From Candidatus Saccharimonadota bacterium (GTDB lineage: Bacteria; Patescibacteriota; Gracilibacteria; UBA1369; 2-02-FULL-48-14), in NCBI GenBank assembly GCA_041661045.1, contig JBAZVE010000001.1, positions 1,110,001 through 1,142,000 on the forward strand: a DNA stretch of 32,000 nucleotides. Reading direction: 5' to 3'. Under the pieces are notes generated by a model, which was not told where the DNA came from, ran no database searches, and saw nothing but the letters and a program-made list of their open reading frames with translations. Below, one piece after another: positions 14,401 to 22,117 of this stretch. Within the stretch, counting starts at the first letter, position 1. Every line of letters begins with the position of its first letter. Both the position numbers and the translations under genes were made by a program.

Positions 14401-17067
14401 ATGGCAAAATTAAAAGAAATTCTGGAAATGGTGTTGGGGTCGCTTAAAGTGGCTCTGGAAGCCGTTTCCGCGCATTGGGATTGGATTATCTTTTGGCTTG
14501 TTTTGGCCTTGCTCTTCAACCGGCTTTTGCCTTGGGCCCTTCGACAATTTTACGAGCATTGGACCGCTCGCAAACGGGTTTTCATTCAAGTGACCATGCC
14601 GCGCGAGGAGTCTCAAAAAGATAAAGAAAATGCCACGGAGAAGGATTTTAAGGAAAGGATTGGAATTATGGAGCAGCTTTACCGTGCCGTACATGAGATT
14701 CGTGAACTGGATTTGGGGAATCGGTTTATGGTTTGGATGTTTAAACGGGATACCGTTTCTTTTGAAATCCATGCCAGGCATAAGGACATCACTTTTTATA
14801 TTTCGATGCATCCTTATTATGCCGGGATTTTGGAGAAGCAGATTACGGCGTTTTACCCCAGCGCTTCCATTGATTTCATTCGACCTGAGGGTTTAAAGGC
14901 TAAGGATTTTAAGGGAAAAATCACGATGAAGGGCTATTATTTGTATCTTAAGAAGCTCAACTGGTATCCGCTTAAAACTTATAAAACGATTGAAAACGAC
15001 TCTTTGAATGATTTTACGAATGTGCTTTCCAAGCTGGACGAGAACGATCGAGCGGTGATTCAAATTATGATTCAGCCCCGTCACGAAAAATGGCAGAAGG
15101 AAGCCAGAGCCTTTGCTACGATGTTGTTTAAAAATAAAAAACCCGGGAATAGTGGTTTCTTTGGGAAAATAGTGGGAGCCTTGGGATGGATTTTTAGAGC
15201 CACTGTTTTTGGCTACGATTCTGCGGAAAAAAACAGCCATCCTCCCGGAAGCAGCTCCGGGGACTCCTATGTGCGTATGCTGCAAACGGATGAAGAGGTG
15301 GCCAAACGGATTGGAGAAAAATCCAATCAAGTGGGTTTTGATTCCATCGTTCGTATTATGGCGTCCTCCGATAAAGGAGAGGCGCAATGTGACGGTATTT
15401 TGAACGGGCTCTTTGTGGCCTTTAATGTGACCAAAGATGCGGCTTCAAACTGGTTCCAAGCTCGACGATTCTTGCCTTTTGACTCCATCAACAGTCCTAT
15501 TCTTAATGATTCTTTGGAGACTCGATCCTTTCAGTTTGGAGAAAAAATGTCCATTTTGACTCCCGAGGAACTGGCTTCCATTTTCCACTTTCCCAGCAGT
15601 CGTTACAATTACACGCCGGTTATTAAATGGCTTTCTTACAAGGTTCTCCCTGCACCCACGGATCTCCCAACCGAAGGTATTTTACTCGGTCACAATGTGT
15701 ACCGTGGGGTGAAACGAGAAGTCCATTTTAAAAGAAAAGACCGCACACGGCATCACTACATTATTGGGCAAACCGGTACAGGTAAATCTGCCTTCATCAG
15801 CTACATGGCCAGGCAAGATATTGCCAATGGAGATGGGGTTTGTGTGGTGGATCCTCATGGAGATTTGATTGAAGAAATCCTTCAATTTATTCCTAAAGAA
15901 CGGGCCAAGGATGTGATTATTTTTGATCCTTCGGATACGGAACGGCCGATGGGACTCAATATGCTTGAGGCCAAAACACCCGAGCAGCAAGACATGGCTT
16001 CCAGCCAGGCCACGGAAATCTTTATTAAAATATTTGGAGATGAAATTTTTGGACCCCGTATTCAGCACTATTTCCGAAACGCCTGTCTCACTTTGATGGA
16101 AGATCCGGATGAGGGCGCCACTTTGATTGATGTGCCGCGAATCTTTGTGGATGACGCGTTTATGCGCTACAAGGTTTCTAAGGTTAAAAACCCGGTGGTG
16201 AAATCGTTTTGGGAGCATGAATATGCCAGCACCGGAGACCGCGAACGACAGGAAATGATTCCTTACTTTTCTGCGAAGTTTGGTCCTTTTATTACGAACT
16301 CCATTATGCGTAATACGATTGGGCAGGCCAAGAGCGGATTCAATATTCGTGAGGTGATGGACAATCAAAAAATTCTTTTGGTGAACCTTTCTAAGGGTAA
16401 GCTTGGAGGGCTCAATACTCAGCTTTTGGGTCTGGTGCTTGTGGCACAAATTCAGCAGGCGGCCATGAGCCGCGTGGATTTGCCGGAGGAGCAACGAAAA
16501 GATTTTTACCTTTATGTGGATGAATTCCAAAACTTTGCCACCGATACTTTTTGTTCGATTCTTTCCGAAGCCCGAAAGTACCGTTTGTGTTTGATCATGG
16601 CGCATCAATACATTGGGCAGCTCACGGTTTCTAAATTTGGACAAACCAGCACGCAGATTCGTGACGCCGTATTCGGGAATGTGGGTACGCTCCAATCCTT
16701 TAAAATTGGTGCCGAGGATGCGGAATATTTGGCGAAAGAATATGCGCCGGTGCTCACCGAACAAGATGTGATTGGAATCGCCAATTACAAGGCGTACATG
16801 AAGCTCAACATCAACAGTGCCGCTTCACGACCTTTCTCGCTCGAAACCATTTGGGATCAGAGCAAGGCCAATCCAAAAGTGCGGGATATTGTGAAGCAAT
16901 ATTCTCGTATGAAGTACGGCCGCAAGAAGAGTTTTGTGGAGCAAGAAATTGGAGCGCGCATCGGAATTGATATCAATACTCTTGGCGATGAAGTTAAACC
17001 CGATTACACTGCGGAAGTGAATCCACCCGTTACGCCACCCACCACGCCATCCAATGGACCCGTTTAA
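14401..17067 (+). CDS. VirD4/TraG/TraD-like (FtsK-HerA superfamily) P-loop ATPase with N-terminal membrane anchor, 888 aa
   Basis: N-terminal TM segment WDWIIFWLVLALLF. Walker A is HHYIIGQTGTGKSAF. Walker B is FYLYVDEFQNFAT. ARKYRLCLIMAHQYIGQL resembles the TraD/TraG C-terminal motif. Confidence 0.85.
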   Translation: MAKLKEILEMVLGSLKVALEAVSAHWDWIIFWLVLALLFNRLLPWALRQFYEHWTARKRVFIQVTMPREESQKDKENATEKDFKERIGIMEQLYRAVHEIRELDLGNRFMVWMFKRDTVSFEIHARHKDITFYISMHPYYAGILEKQITAFYPSASIDFIRPEGLKAKDFKGKITMKGYYLYLKKLNWYPLKTYKTIENDSLNDFTNVLSKLDENDRAVIQIMIQPRHEKWQKEARAFATMLFKNKKPGNSGFFGKIVGALGWIFRATVFGYDSAEKNSHPPGSSSGDSYVRMLQTDEEVAKRIGEKSNQVGFDSIVRIMASSDKGEAQCDGILNGLFVAFNVTKDAASNWFQARRFLPFDSINSPILNDSLETRSFQFGEKMSILTPEELASIFHFPSSRYNYTPVIKWLSYKVLPAPTDLPTEGILLGHNVYRGVKREVHFKRKDRTRHHYIIGQTGTGKSAFISYMARQDIANGDGVCVVDPHGDLIEEILQFIPKERAKDVIIFDPSDTERPMGLNMLEAKTPEQQDMASSQATEIFIKIFGDEIFGPRIQHYFRNACLTLMEDPDEGATLIDVPRIFVDDAFMRYKVSKVKNPVVKSFWEHEYASTGDRERQEMIPYFSAKFGPFITNSIMRNTIGQAKSGFNIREVMDNQKILLVNLSKGKLGGLNTQLLGLVLVAQIQQAAMSRVDLPEEQRKDFYLYVDEFQNFATDTFCSILSEARKYRLCLIMAHQYIGQLTVSKFGQTSTQIRDAVFGNVGTLQSFKIGAEDAEYLAKEYAPVLTEQDVIGIANYKAYMKLNINSAASRPFSLETIWDQSKANPKVRDIVKQYSRMKYGRKKSFVEQEIGARIGIDINTLGDEVKPDYTAEVNPPVTPPTTPSNGPV

Positions 17068-18208
17068 AGATTATAATGTTTTGCACTTGGACCCCGAAGT
17101 TCCTCCTGTGGCACCACGGCCTCGTTTTCAAAGTCTTCCTATTTTTTTATCGATGGGAGTCGTCTTCATCAGCTTTATTGCGGTGACGGCGATTTTTAAA
17201 TCTTCTTTGCACGACCAGGAATCTCAAATGACTTCGATGATCGATGAGATCGGGGAGCTCAAGCAGGCTAATTTTTTGCTTTCACAGCAGGTGAGTTCTC
17301 AGGAGCAAATCTTGCAATCCATTGTGGTGGATTTTTCCAGTTTGGGGTCTGCTGCGGCATCCGGAGATGCAGGAAAGATGCAGGAGCTTTTCTCAAACAT
17401 TTTGTCGCGGGTTCCCACGCGCAATCAGAGTGTAGACTTGGCTGGGGCGGCTGCAAGCACGGTGGAAGATACTACTTTTGATGTTTTGGTTTTGGGTACC
17501 AATGGAGCTCACACGGACACAATTATTGTGGCCAGCATCAATGAAGACGATCGAAAAATTTCTCTCTTTTCCATCCCGCGGGATTTGTACATCAACGGGC
17601 GCCGCATCAACGAATACTACACTTACTATGGAGTGGAACAATTGGGCCGCATGGTCTCGGAAGTGACGGGCTTGGAGATGGATCATTTCGTTCAAGTGGA
17701 TTTGGAGGGCTTTGTGGATATTGTGGATATTTTGGGTGGCTTGGATGTCTTTGTTGCTGAGGCCATTTATGATGGTTTGTATCCCAACGGAAACGGAGGC
17801 TACAGCGCTTATTCTATTGAAGAAGGTCAGCATCACATGACGGGAGAGGAGGCGCTTCGGTATGCACGAAGTCGTAAATCTTCTTCCGATTTTGACCGTG
17901 CCGCCCGTCAGCAAGAAATTTTGGCGGCGCTGCGAACCAAGGTGGTTCAACTCGACAGTGTTATGGAAATGAAGGAGCTCACTTCCATTTTCCAGACGGC
18001 GATCGAATCCACCACCACGGATATGAATGTCTTGGATCTTGTGGGTTATTATTATGATTATCAGGACTTTGAACTCAACACCGGTTTGGTCTTGAGCAGC
18101 GGGAATTATTTGTACTCCCTGATTAATGAAAGTGGAGCTTATATTTTGCTCCCGGATGTCGCAGATTTTTCGGAAATTCATCAAGTGATTTCTGAACTCG
18201 TGCATTAG
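17054..18208 (+). CDS. LCP (LytR-CpsA-Psr) family cell-envelope phosphotransferase
   Basis: TM anchor LPIFLSMGVVFISFIAVTAIF. The LCP core reads FDVLVLGTNGAHTDTIIVASINEDDRKISLFSIPRDLYI..ALRYARSRKSSSDFDRAARQQEIL. The ATG at 17054 overlaps the upstream ATPase gene by 14 nt. Confidence 0.9.
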   Translation: MDPFKDYNVLHLDPEVPPVAPRPRFQSLPIFLSMGVVFISFIAVTAIFKSSLHDQESQMTSMIDEIGELKQANFLLSQQVSSQEQILQSIVVDFSSLGSAAASGDAGKMQELFSNILSRVPTRNQSVDLAGAAASTVEDTTFDVLVLGTNGAHTDTIIVASINEDDRKISLFSIPRDLYINGRRINEYYTYYGVEQLGRMVSEVTGLEMDHFVQVDLEGFVDIVDILGGLDVFVAEAIYDGLYPNGNGGYSAYSIEEGQHHMTGEEALRYARSRKSSSDFDRAARQQEILAALRTKVVQLDSVMEMKELTSIFQTAIESTTTDMNVLDLVGYYYDYQDFELNTGLVLSSGNYLYSLINESGAYILLPDVADFSEIHQVISELVH

Positions 18209-18230
18209 GAAAAGACCCTTTCATATCTTC

Positions 18231-18408
18231 GCTCAGCACGGGAGCCTTTATGTGCCTCACAAAGACATGAAAGGGTCTTTCTTTACGGTGCTCAGCACGG
18301 GGGCCTTTATGTGCCTCACAAAGACATGAAAGGGTCTTTCTTTACGGTGCTCGGCACGGGGGCCTTTATGTGCCTCACAAAGACATGAAAAGGTCTTTTT
18401 TATACGGT
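18231..18408. repeat. Tandem repeat, three copies of 59/59/60 nt, plus a degenerate fourth copy and an upstream inverted partial copy
   Basis: Copies start at 18231, 18290 and 18349. The unit is GCTCAGCACGGGRGCCTTTATGTGCCTCACAAAGACATGAAAGGGTCTTTCTTTACGGT. Copy 1 and copy 2 differ at 1 position, and copy 3 has several changes. A degenerate fourth copy at 18409-18438 runs into the next gene's start. AAAGACCCTTTCAT at 18211-18224 is the reverse complement of ATGAAAGGGTCTTT inside the unit. Confidence 0.9.
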
Positions 18409-18434
18409 GCTCACATGTTACAGTGCCTTTTGTC

Positions 18435-19046
18435 ATGATTTCCAAAACCTCATTTGTCGTTGTCGATTTAGAAACGACCGGCCTGCACGCCGGCTTGGAT
18501 AGTATTGTGGAAATTGCGGCGGTGCGCGTGGTGAATGGGGAAGTGGTGGATGAATGGGACACCACTGTGAATCCCGGAGTTTTCCTCCCGCAGGAATGCA
18601 CTCAAATCACGGGGATCACCACCGAAATGGTGGCGGACGCTCCTTTGTTTGCCGATATTGTGGATGACTATTTGCGCTTTATGGGTGAGGAGTCTGTTTT
18701 TGTGGCGCACAATGTGGACTTTGATTGGACCTTTTTAAACAAGCAGCTTTTGAGTATGCAGCGAGCTCCGTTGAACAATCCTTACCTTTGTACTTTTAAA
18801 TTGGCGAAGCTGGTGCATCCCAACCTTTCCAAGTACGGGCTTGGCAGTTTATGCATGGCGTTTGGCGTGGACTTGCCTCAGGCTCACCGCGCTTTGCACG
18901 ATGCACGAGCCACTGCACACCTTTTGATCAAATTCCTCAGGGTTTTACAAAATGGTGGCTTAAAAGAACTCAAAGACATTCCGCACATTCAAAATCTCCC
19001 CAAGGAAGTGGCAAAGTCCGTTCAAGGGCAGGTGAGTTTGTTTTAA
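18435..19046 (+). CDS. DnaQ-like (DEDDh) 3'-5' exonuclease, DNA pol III epsilon-type domain
   Basis: FVVVDLETTGLHAGLDSIVEIAAVRV is Exo I. VAHNVDFDWTFL is Exo II. AHRALHDARATAHL is Exo III with His. The ATG at 18435 is preferred, and the track start at 18423 is a GTG. Confidence 0.88.
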   Translation: MISKTSFVVVDLETTGLHAGLDSIVEIAAVRVVNGEVVDEWDTTVNPGVFLPQECTQITGITTEMVADAPLFADIVDDYLRFMGEESVFVAHNVDFDWTFLNKQLLSMQRAPLNNPYLCTFKLAKLVHPNLSKYGLGSLCMAFGVDLPQAHRALHDARATAHLLIKFLRVLQNGGLKELKDIPHIQNLPKEVAKSVQGQVSLF

Positions 19047-19050
19047 TGAA

Positions 19051-19368
19051 CTAGTAGGGAAGGCCCGCAAGCCCGCCTTCAATGTGCATCACTTCGGGGT
19101 AGCCGTGGTTTGCCAAATACGCCGCCGCCAGTTTGCTGCGGCTTCCGTGTTCACAATACACCACCACCGTTTTATCTTGAGGAATTTCTTGGAGCCGTCC
19201 GGGAATGGTCTCCACTGAAATATTTAGTGCTCCCTCCAGGTGTCTGTCTTCAAATTCTCCCGGGGTTCGCACATCCATCAAGAACACTTTTTCTTGATTA
19301 TTTTTCAGGAATTCGAGTGCTTCACCGGCGGGGAGGGTTTTGAATGGGAGCATAGTGGTTGACCTCAA
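19051..19368 (-). CDS. Single-domain rhodanese-like sulfurtransferase
   Basis: FLMDVRTPGEFEDRHLEGALNI and the active-site loop VVVYCEHGSRSKLAAAYLANHGY. Confidence 0.88.
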   Translation of the reverse strand: MRSTTMLPFKTLPAGEALEFLKNNQEKVFLMDVRTPGEFEDRHLEGALNISVETIPGRLQEIPQDKTVVVYCEHGSRSKLAAAYLANHGYPEVMHIEGGLAGLPY

Positions 19369-19406
19369 TTGGACGATCTTTGAACTTTTTATATCTCGTA
19401 GCGTTA

Positions 19407-19664
19407 TTAACCCTGCTCTTCTTCGGTTTCTGATGAAGTCATGCCAACTAAATGCTGGATAGCTCGCATAAGTTCAGCAGGATCTTGCATCAATTGAGCA
19501 GCTCTTGCCTCGATTGCAGGGTCGTTAATTTCGCCGGTTGTAGTAGTGCGTACTCCACCTCGTTCCACTATAGCTACATCGGTTGCAAGAGTAGCGGTGA
19601 AGCGATCATCACTTACTAACATGTCGTCGCTATATTTGGGTTCATCCAATCTATCTTCTGCCAT
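19407..19664 (-). CDS. Hypothetical acidic protein, 85 aa
   Basis: Track ORF with an ATG start and a good promoter match just upstream. No family recognised. Confidence 0.5.
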   Translation of the reverse strand: MAEDRLDEPKYSDDMLVSDDRFTATLATDVAIVERGGVRTTTTGEINDPAIEARAAQLMQDPAELMRAIQHLVGMTSSETEEEQG

Positions 19665-19689
19665 AGGTGTTTGGGTTATCTTCTGCTAT

Positions 19690-19718
19690 ATCATTGCATA
19701 TTTACTATGGCATGTCAA
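19690..19718 (-). promoter_or_regulatory. Sigma70-like promoter candidate for the 85-aa ORF
   Basis: On the minus strand: TTGACA (19718-19713), a 17-nt spacer, then AATGAT (19695-19690). Confidence 0.4.
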
Positions 19719-19720
19719 AT

Positions 19721-19795
19721 TGGTTGCGGGGGTTGGATTCGAACCAACGACCTCCGGGTTATGAGCCCGACGAGCTGCCACTGCTCTACCCCGCA
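19721..19795 (-). tRNA. Initiator tRNA-Met (anticodon CAT), CCA encoded
   Basis: Reverse complement: TGCGGGG TA GAGC AGTGGCA GCTC G TCGGG CTCATAA CCCGG AGGTC GTTGG TTCGAAT CCAAC CCCCGCA A CCA. It has three G:C pairs next to the anticodon loop and A11:U24. It is nearly collinear with the E. coli tRNA-fMet sequence as I remember it. Position 1:72 is U:A rather than C-A. Confidence 0.9.
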
Positions 19796-19800
19796 GAGGG

Positions 19801-19829
19801 ACTATACGGAAAAAGGGGGGAGGTGGCAA
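19801..19829 (-). promoter_or_regulatory. Near-consensus promoter for the initiator tRNA
   Basis: On the minus strand: TTGCCA (19829-19824), a 17-nt spacer, then TATAGT (19806-19801). Only 5 nt (CCCTC) separate the -10 from tRNA position 1. Confidence 0.6.
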
Positions 19830-19892
19830 GGGCTACTCTTGCCTGAAGGATGAGGGTAAGGTAGGCTTAAATTACATCTTAACCCACACCCT

Positions 19893-20252
19893 ATGATGTA
19901 CGGTTCCTCTTCTTCACTTGGCCTTGGGCTTATGCTCCACGGGCTGTTCATGTTTCTTGCCCTTTTAGGTCTTGTTGCCGGCATCGTTTGGATGGCACGG
20001 TTTGCCACAAAAAAACAACTTAAAGTTTGGTTTTGGGTTGGAATTATTCTTGGTCTCATCGGTTCTTGGGCGACTTGCGCCGCTGCCACCAACAACATGC
20101 GTGAAATGATGGGAGATTGGGGAAATTGGGGAGAGTTTGGAGATGACGAGGGCGGAAGCGAACTGAATGATCGAGTGGAATCCATGGAAGAATGGCGCGA
20201 TGAAATGATGGATCTTGAGGATGATGAAGCGGTGGAGACTCCTGTTGAATAG
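19893..20252 (+). CDS. Small membrane protein with acidic C-terminal tail, 119 aa
   Basis: Hydrophobic segments LGLGLMLHGLFMFLALLGLVAGIVWM and VWFWVGIILGLIGSWATCAAA. The tail reads ..EEWRDEMMDLEDDEAVETPVE. A strong terminator follows. Confidence 0.6.
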   Translation: MMYGSSSSLGLGLMLHGLFMFLALLGLVAGIVWMARFATKKQLKVWFWVGIILGLIGSWATCAAATNNMREMMGDWGNWGEFGDDEGGSELNDRVESMEEWRDEMMDLEDDEAVETPVE

Positions 20253-20270
20253 ATTCAATGGAATTCAAAG

Positions 20271-20303
20271 AAAAGCGCTTCTTCGGAGGCGCTTTTTGTT
20301 TTT
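20271..20303. terminator. Bidirectional rho-independent terminator
   Basis: An 8-bp stem, AGCGCTTC (20274-20281) paired with GAGGCGCT (20286-20293), carries a TTCG tetraloop. It is followed by TTTTTGTTTTT on the + strand and preceded by an A-run, which gives a U-run for minus-strand transcripts leaving the tRNA at 20308-20384. Confidence 0.8.
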
Positions 20304-20307
20304 AAAA

Positions 20308-20384
20308 TGGTGGCTGGAAGTGGATTTGAACCACCGACCCCGGGCTTATGAGTCCCGTGCTCTAACCAACTGAGCTATCCAGCC
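20308..20384 (-). tRNA. Elongator-type tRNA with CAT anticodon (Met, or Ile2 if lysidinylated), CCA encoded
   Basis: Reverse complement: GGCTGGA TA GCTC AGTTGGTTA GAGC A CGGGA CTCATAA GCCCG GGGTC GGTGG TTCAAAT CCACT TCCAGCC A CCA. Met versus Ile2 identity cannot be decided by eye. Confidence 0.9.
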
Positions 20385-20400
20385 GTTGAATGCGGGGTGA

Positions 20401-20429
20401 ATTCTAGGGAAAAAGCTCTGCTTTGGCAA
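20401..20429 (-). promoter_or_regulatory. Promoter candidate for the CAT tRNA
   Basis: On the minus strand: TTGCCA (20429-20424), a 17-nt spacer, then TAGAAT (20406-20401), with 16 nt to the tRNA 5' end. It shares CTTGCCA...CTTTTTCC with the initiator tRNA promoter. Confidence 0.55.
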
Positions 20430-20430
20430 G

Positions 20431-20847
20431 TTAGGCTTTGAACGGGTTGCTACTGAAGAAAAACTTCCACCATTTCTTGGGACTGCTCCAGGAGGCGCGG
20501 ATTTCTTCTGCGACGCGTTGTTCTTCTTCGTTTTGGGAAAGGACGATGAGGTCTTCATCGGGGATGACCAAAACTTGCTCTCCGGGGTTGATGAGCCCAA
20601 GGTTTTGTTTGGCGACTTTTTCTACATATTCTTCGGAGGTGTAGTACTGAAAATCGGCCAGTTTTGCCTCATTTTCGGCTTGGAGCTCGGCATTTTTTGC
20701 CTCAAATTCTTGAATATGCTTCTCGATTTGGTAGTTTTCGTAGATGGAGACCGTGAGCTTGTAGAGCATGTAGGCCACCACCAAAAATCCTACAATTAAG
20801 AGTAGTCGCATGGTGTTGAATTGCTTCTCGTAGCTTTCTTGGATCAT
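20431..20847 (-). CDS. Septum-formation initiator (FtsB/DivIC-family) protein
   Basis: N-terminal TM MRLLLIVGFLVVAYMLY, a coiled coil (IQEFEAKNAELQAENEAKLADF), then EEYVEKVAKQNLGLINPGEQVLVIP, which is typical of the family. Confidence 0.8.
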   Translation of the reverse strand: MIQESYEKQFNTMRLLLIVGFLVVAYMLYKLTVSIYENYQIEKHIQEFEAKNAELQAENEAKLADFQYYTSEEYVEKVAKQNLGLINPGEQVLVIPDEDLIVLSQNEEEQRVAEEIRASWSSPKKWWKFFFSSNPFKA

Positions 20848-20884
20848 TTTTGTTAGACTTAGGCCGACCTATCTTACTCCCCTT

Positions 20885-22117
20885 ATGTCTTTTTTTGAAG
20901 ACCAGAACGAAGTGTATTGCATTGGAATTGGTGGAATTGGAATGAGTGGCTTGGCACGGCTCTTAAAAGCTTTTGGGAAGACGGTTTTGGGAAGCGATAT
21001 TTCGGCTTCTTCCACCACGGCGGAGCTGGAGGCGGATGGAATTCCGGTGCTTTTGGGGCACTTGCCCGAAAACTTGCCTGAAAGCACGGAACTTGTGGTT
21101 TACAGCGAGGCGATCCCGGAGGGGAATCCGGAGCTTGTGCACGCGCGAGCACTGGGGATTCCCACGATGACTTATTTTGAGGCTTTGGGGGAAGTGACTA
21201 AGAATTATCGTTTGATTGCCATTGCCGGTACGCACGGAAAAACCACCACCACGGCCATGTTGGGACTCATTTTGGAAACGGCCGGTTTGGATCCCACGGT
21301 GCTTTTGGGCAGTAAGTTGAAAGAGTTTGGAAATCGTAATGTGAAGGTGGGGGAGAGTGACCTTTTTGTTCTAGAGGCCTGTGAATATAGGCGGAATTTT
21401 ATGAGTTTGCATCCGGAACTTTTGGGGATTACGAATATTGAATTGGATCATTTGGATTATTTTAAAAATCAGGCGGATTATGAAGCGGCGTTTAAGGACT
21501 TGGCGGCTCAAAGCGGGGAGGTGATTTGGCCGGAAGACAGTGCGGAATATGAAGGAGAGCTGGGCCTTCCGGGCGCGCATAATGCTTTGGACGCCGGTCT
21601 TGCGGCGCAGATGGCGCGAAGATTGGGCGTTTCGGAGGGAGCTATTGCCGAAGCCTTGAAAGAGTACAAAGGGGCTTGGAGACGCTTTGAGTACAAGGGT
21701 ATTACCGTGGAAGGGGCCACTCTTTATGATGATTACGCGCACCATCCCAGTGAGGTGCAGGCCACTTTGGCCGGAGCACGCGAAAAGTATCCCGAAGCCC
21801 GGATTGTGGCGGTTTTTCAGCCCCATCAATACAGCCGTACCGCTGCTTTACTGGAGGCTTTTGCGGAAAGTTTTGAGGATGCGGATGAGGTGATTATTCC
21901 GAATATCTATGAGGCCCGGGATACCGATGCGGACAAACACGCGGTTTCCGTCGAACGATTGGTGGAAGAAATTTCTCACCATCATGATAATGTAAAAGAT
22001 GGTGAGGGCATTGTGGCCACCGCTGAATACTTGAACGACACTGTTGGTGACGGGGACTTGGTGATTCTGATGGGAGCGGGCGACATCGGAAAGATTGCGG
22101 AGGACTTGCTTTTATAA
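20885..22117 (+). CDS. murC: UDP-N-acetylmuramate--L-alanine ligase
   Basis: YCIGIGGIGMSGLARLLKAFGKTVLGSDI, IAIAGTHGKTTTTAML, DDYAHHPSEV and LVILMGAGDI. It is short at 410 aa but collinear. The candidate extended -10 TGTTAGACT lies at 20851-20859. Confidence 0.93.
   Translation: MSFFEDQNEVYCIGIGGIGMSGLARLLKAFGKTVLGSDISASSTTAELEADGIPVLLGHLPENLPESTELVVYSEAIPEGNPELVHARALGIPTMTYFEALGEVTKNYRLIAIAGTHGKTTTTAMLGLILETAGLDPTVLLGSKLKEFGNRNVKVGESDLFVLEACEYRRNFMSLHPELLGITNIELDHLDYFKNQADYEAAFKDLAAQSGEVIWPEDSAEYEGELGLPGAHNALDAGLAAQMARRLGVSEGAIAEALKEYKGAWRRFEYKGITVEGATLYDDYAHHPSEVQATLAGAREKYPEARIVAVFQPHQYSRTAALLEAFAESFEDADEVIIPNIYEARDTDADKHAVSVERLVEEISHHHDNVKDGEGIVATAEYLNDTVGDGDLVILMGAGDIGKIAEDLLL

Noticed and set aside
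15682-16764. 360-aa minus-strand ORF, and 14893..15387.
   Set aside because: Both are antisense to the P-loop ATPase, whose Walker A and B motifs fix the real frame.
17393-18205. 270-aa minus-strand ORF.
   Set aside because: It is antisense to the LCP gene, which has the clear family core.
18231-18408. Possible CRISPR array.
   Set aside because: The copies are directly adjacent with no unique spacers, the unit (59 nt) is too long for a CRISPR repeat, and no cas genes are present.
18257-18601. 114-aa minus-strand ORF spanning the tandem repeats and the exonuclease 5' end.
   Set aside because: It is generated by the repeat itself, since its translation repeats with the DNA. It also overlaps the Exo I motif region of the real gene on the other strand.
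19802-20600. Track ORFs 19802..20185, 19965..20258, 20056..20268 and 20346..20600 on the minus strand.
   Set aside because: They overlap the tRNA promoter, the plus-strand membrane-protein gene, the terminator or the CAT tRNA. Their translations are Pro/Ser-rich and low-complexity.
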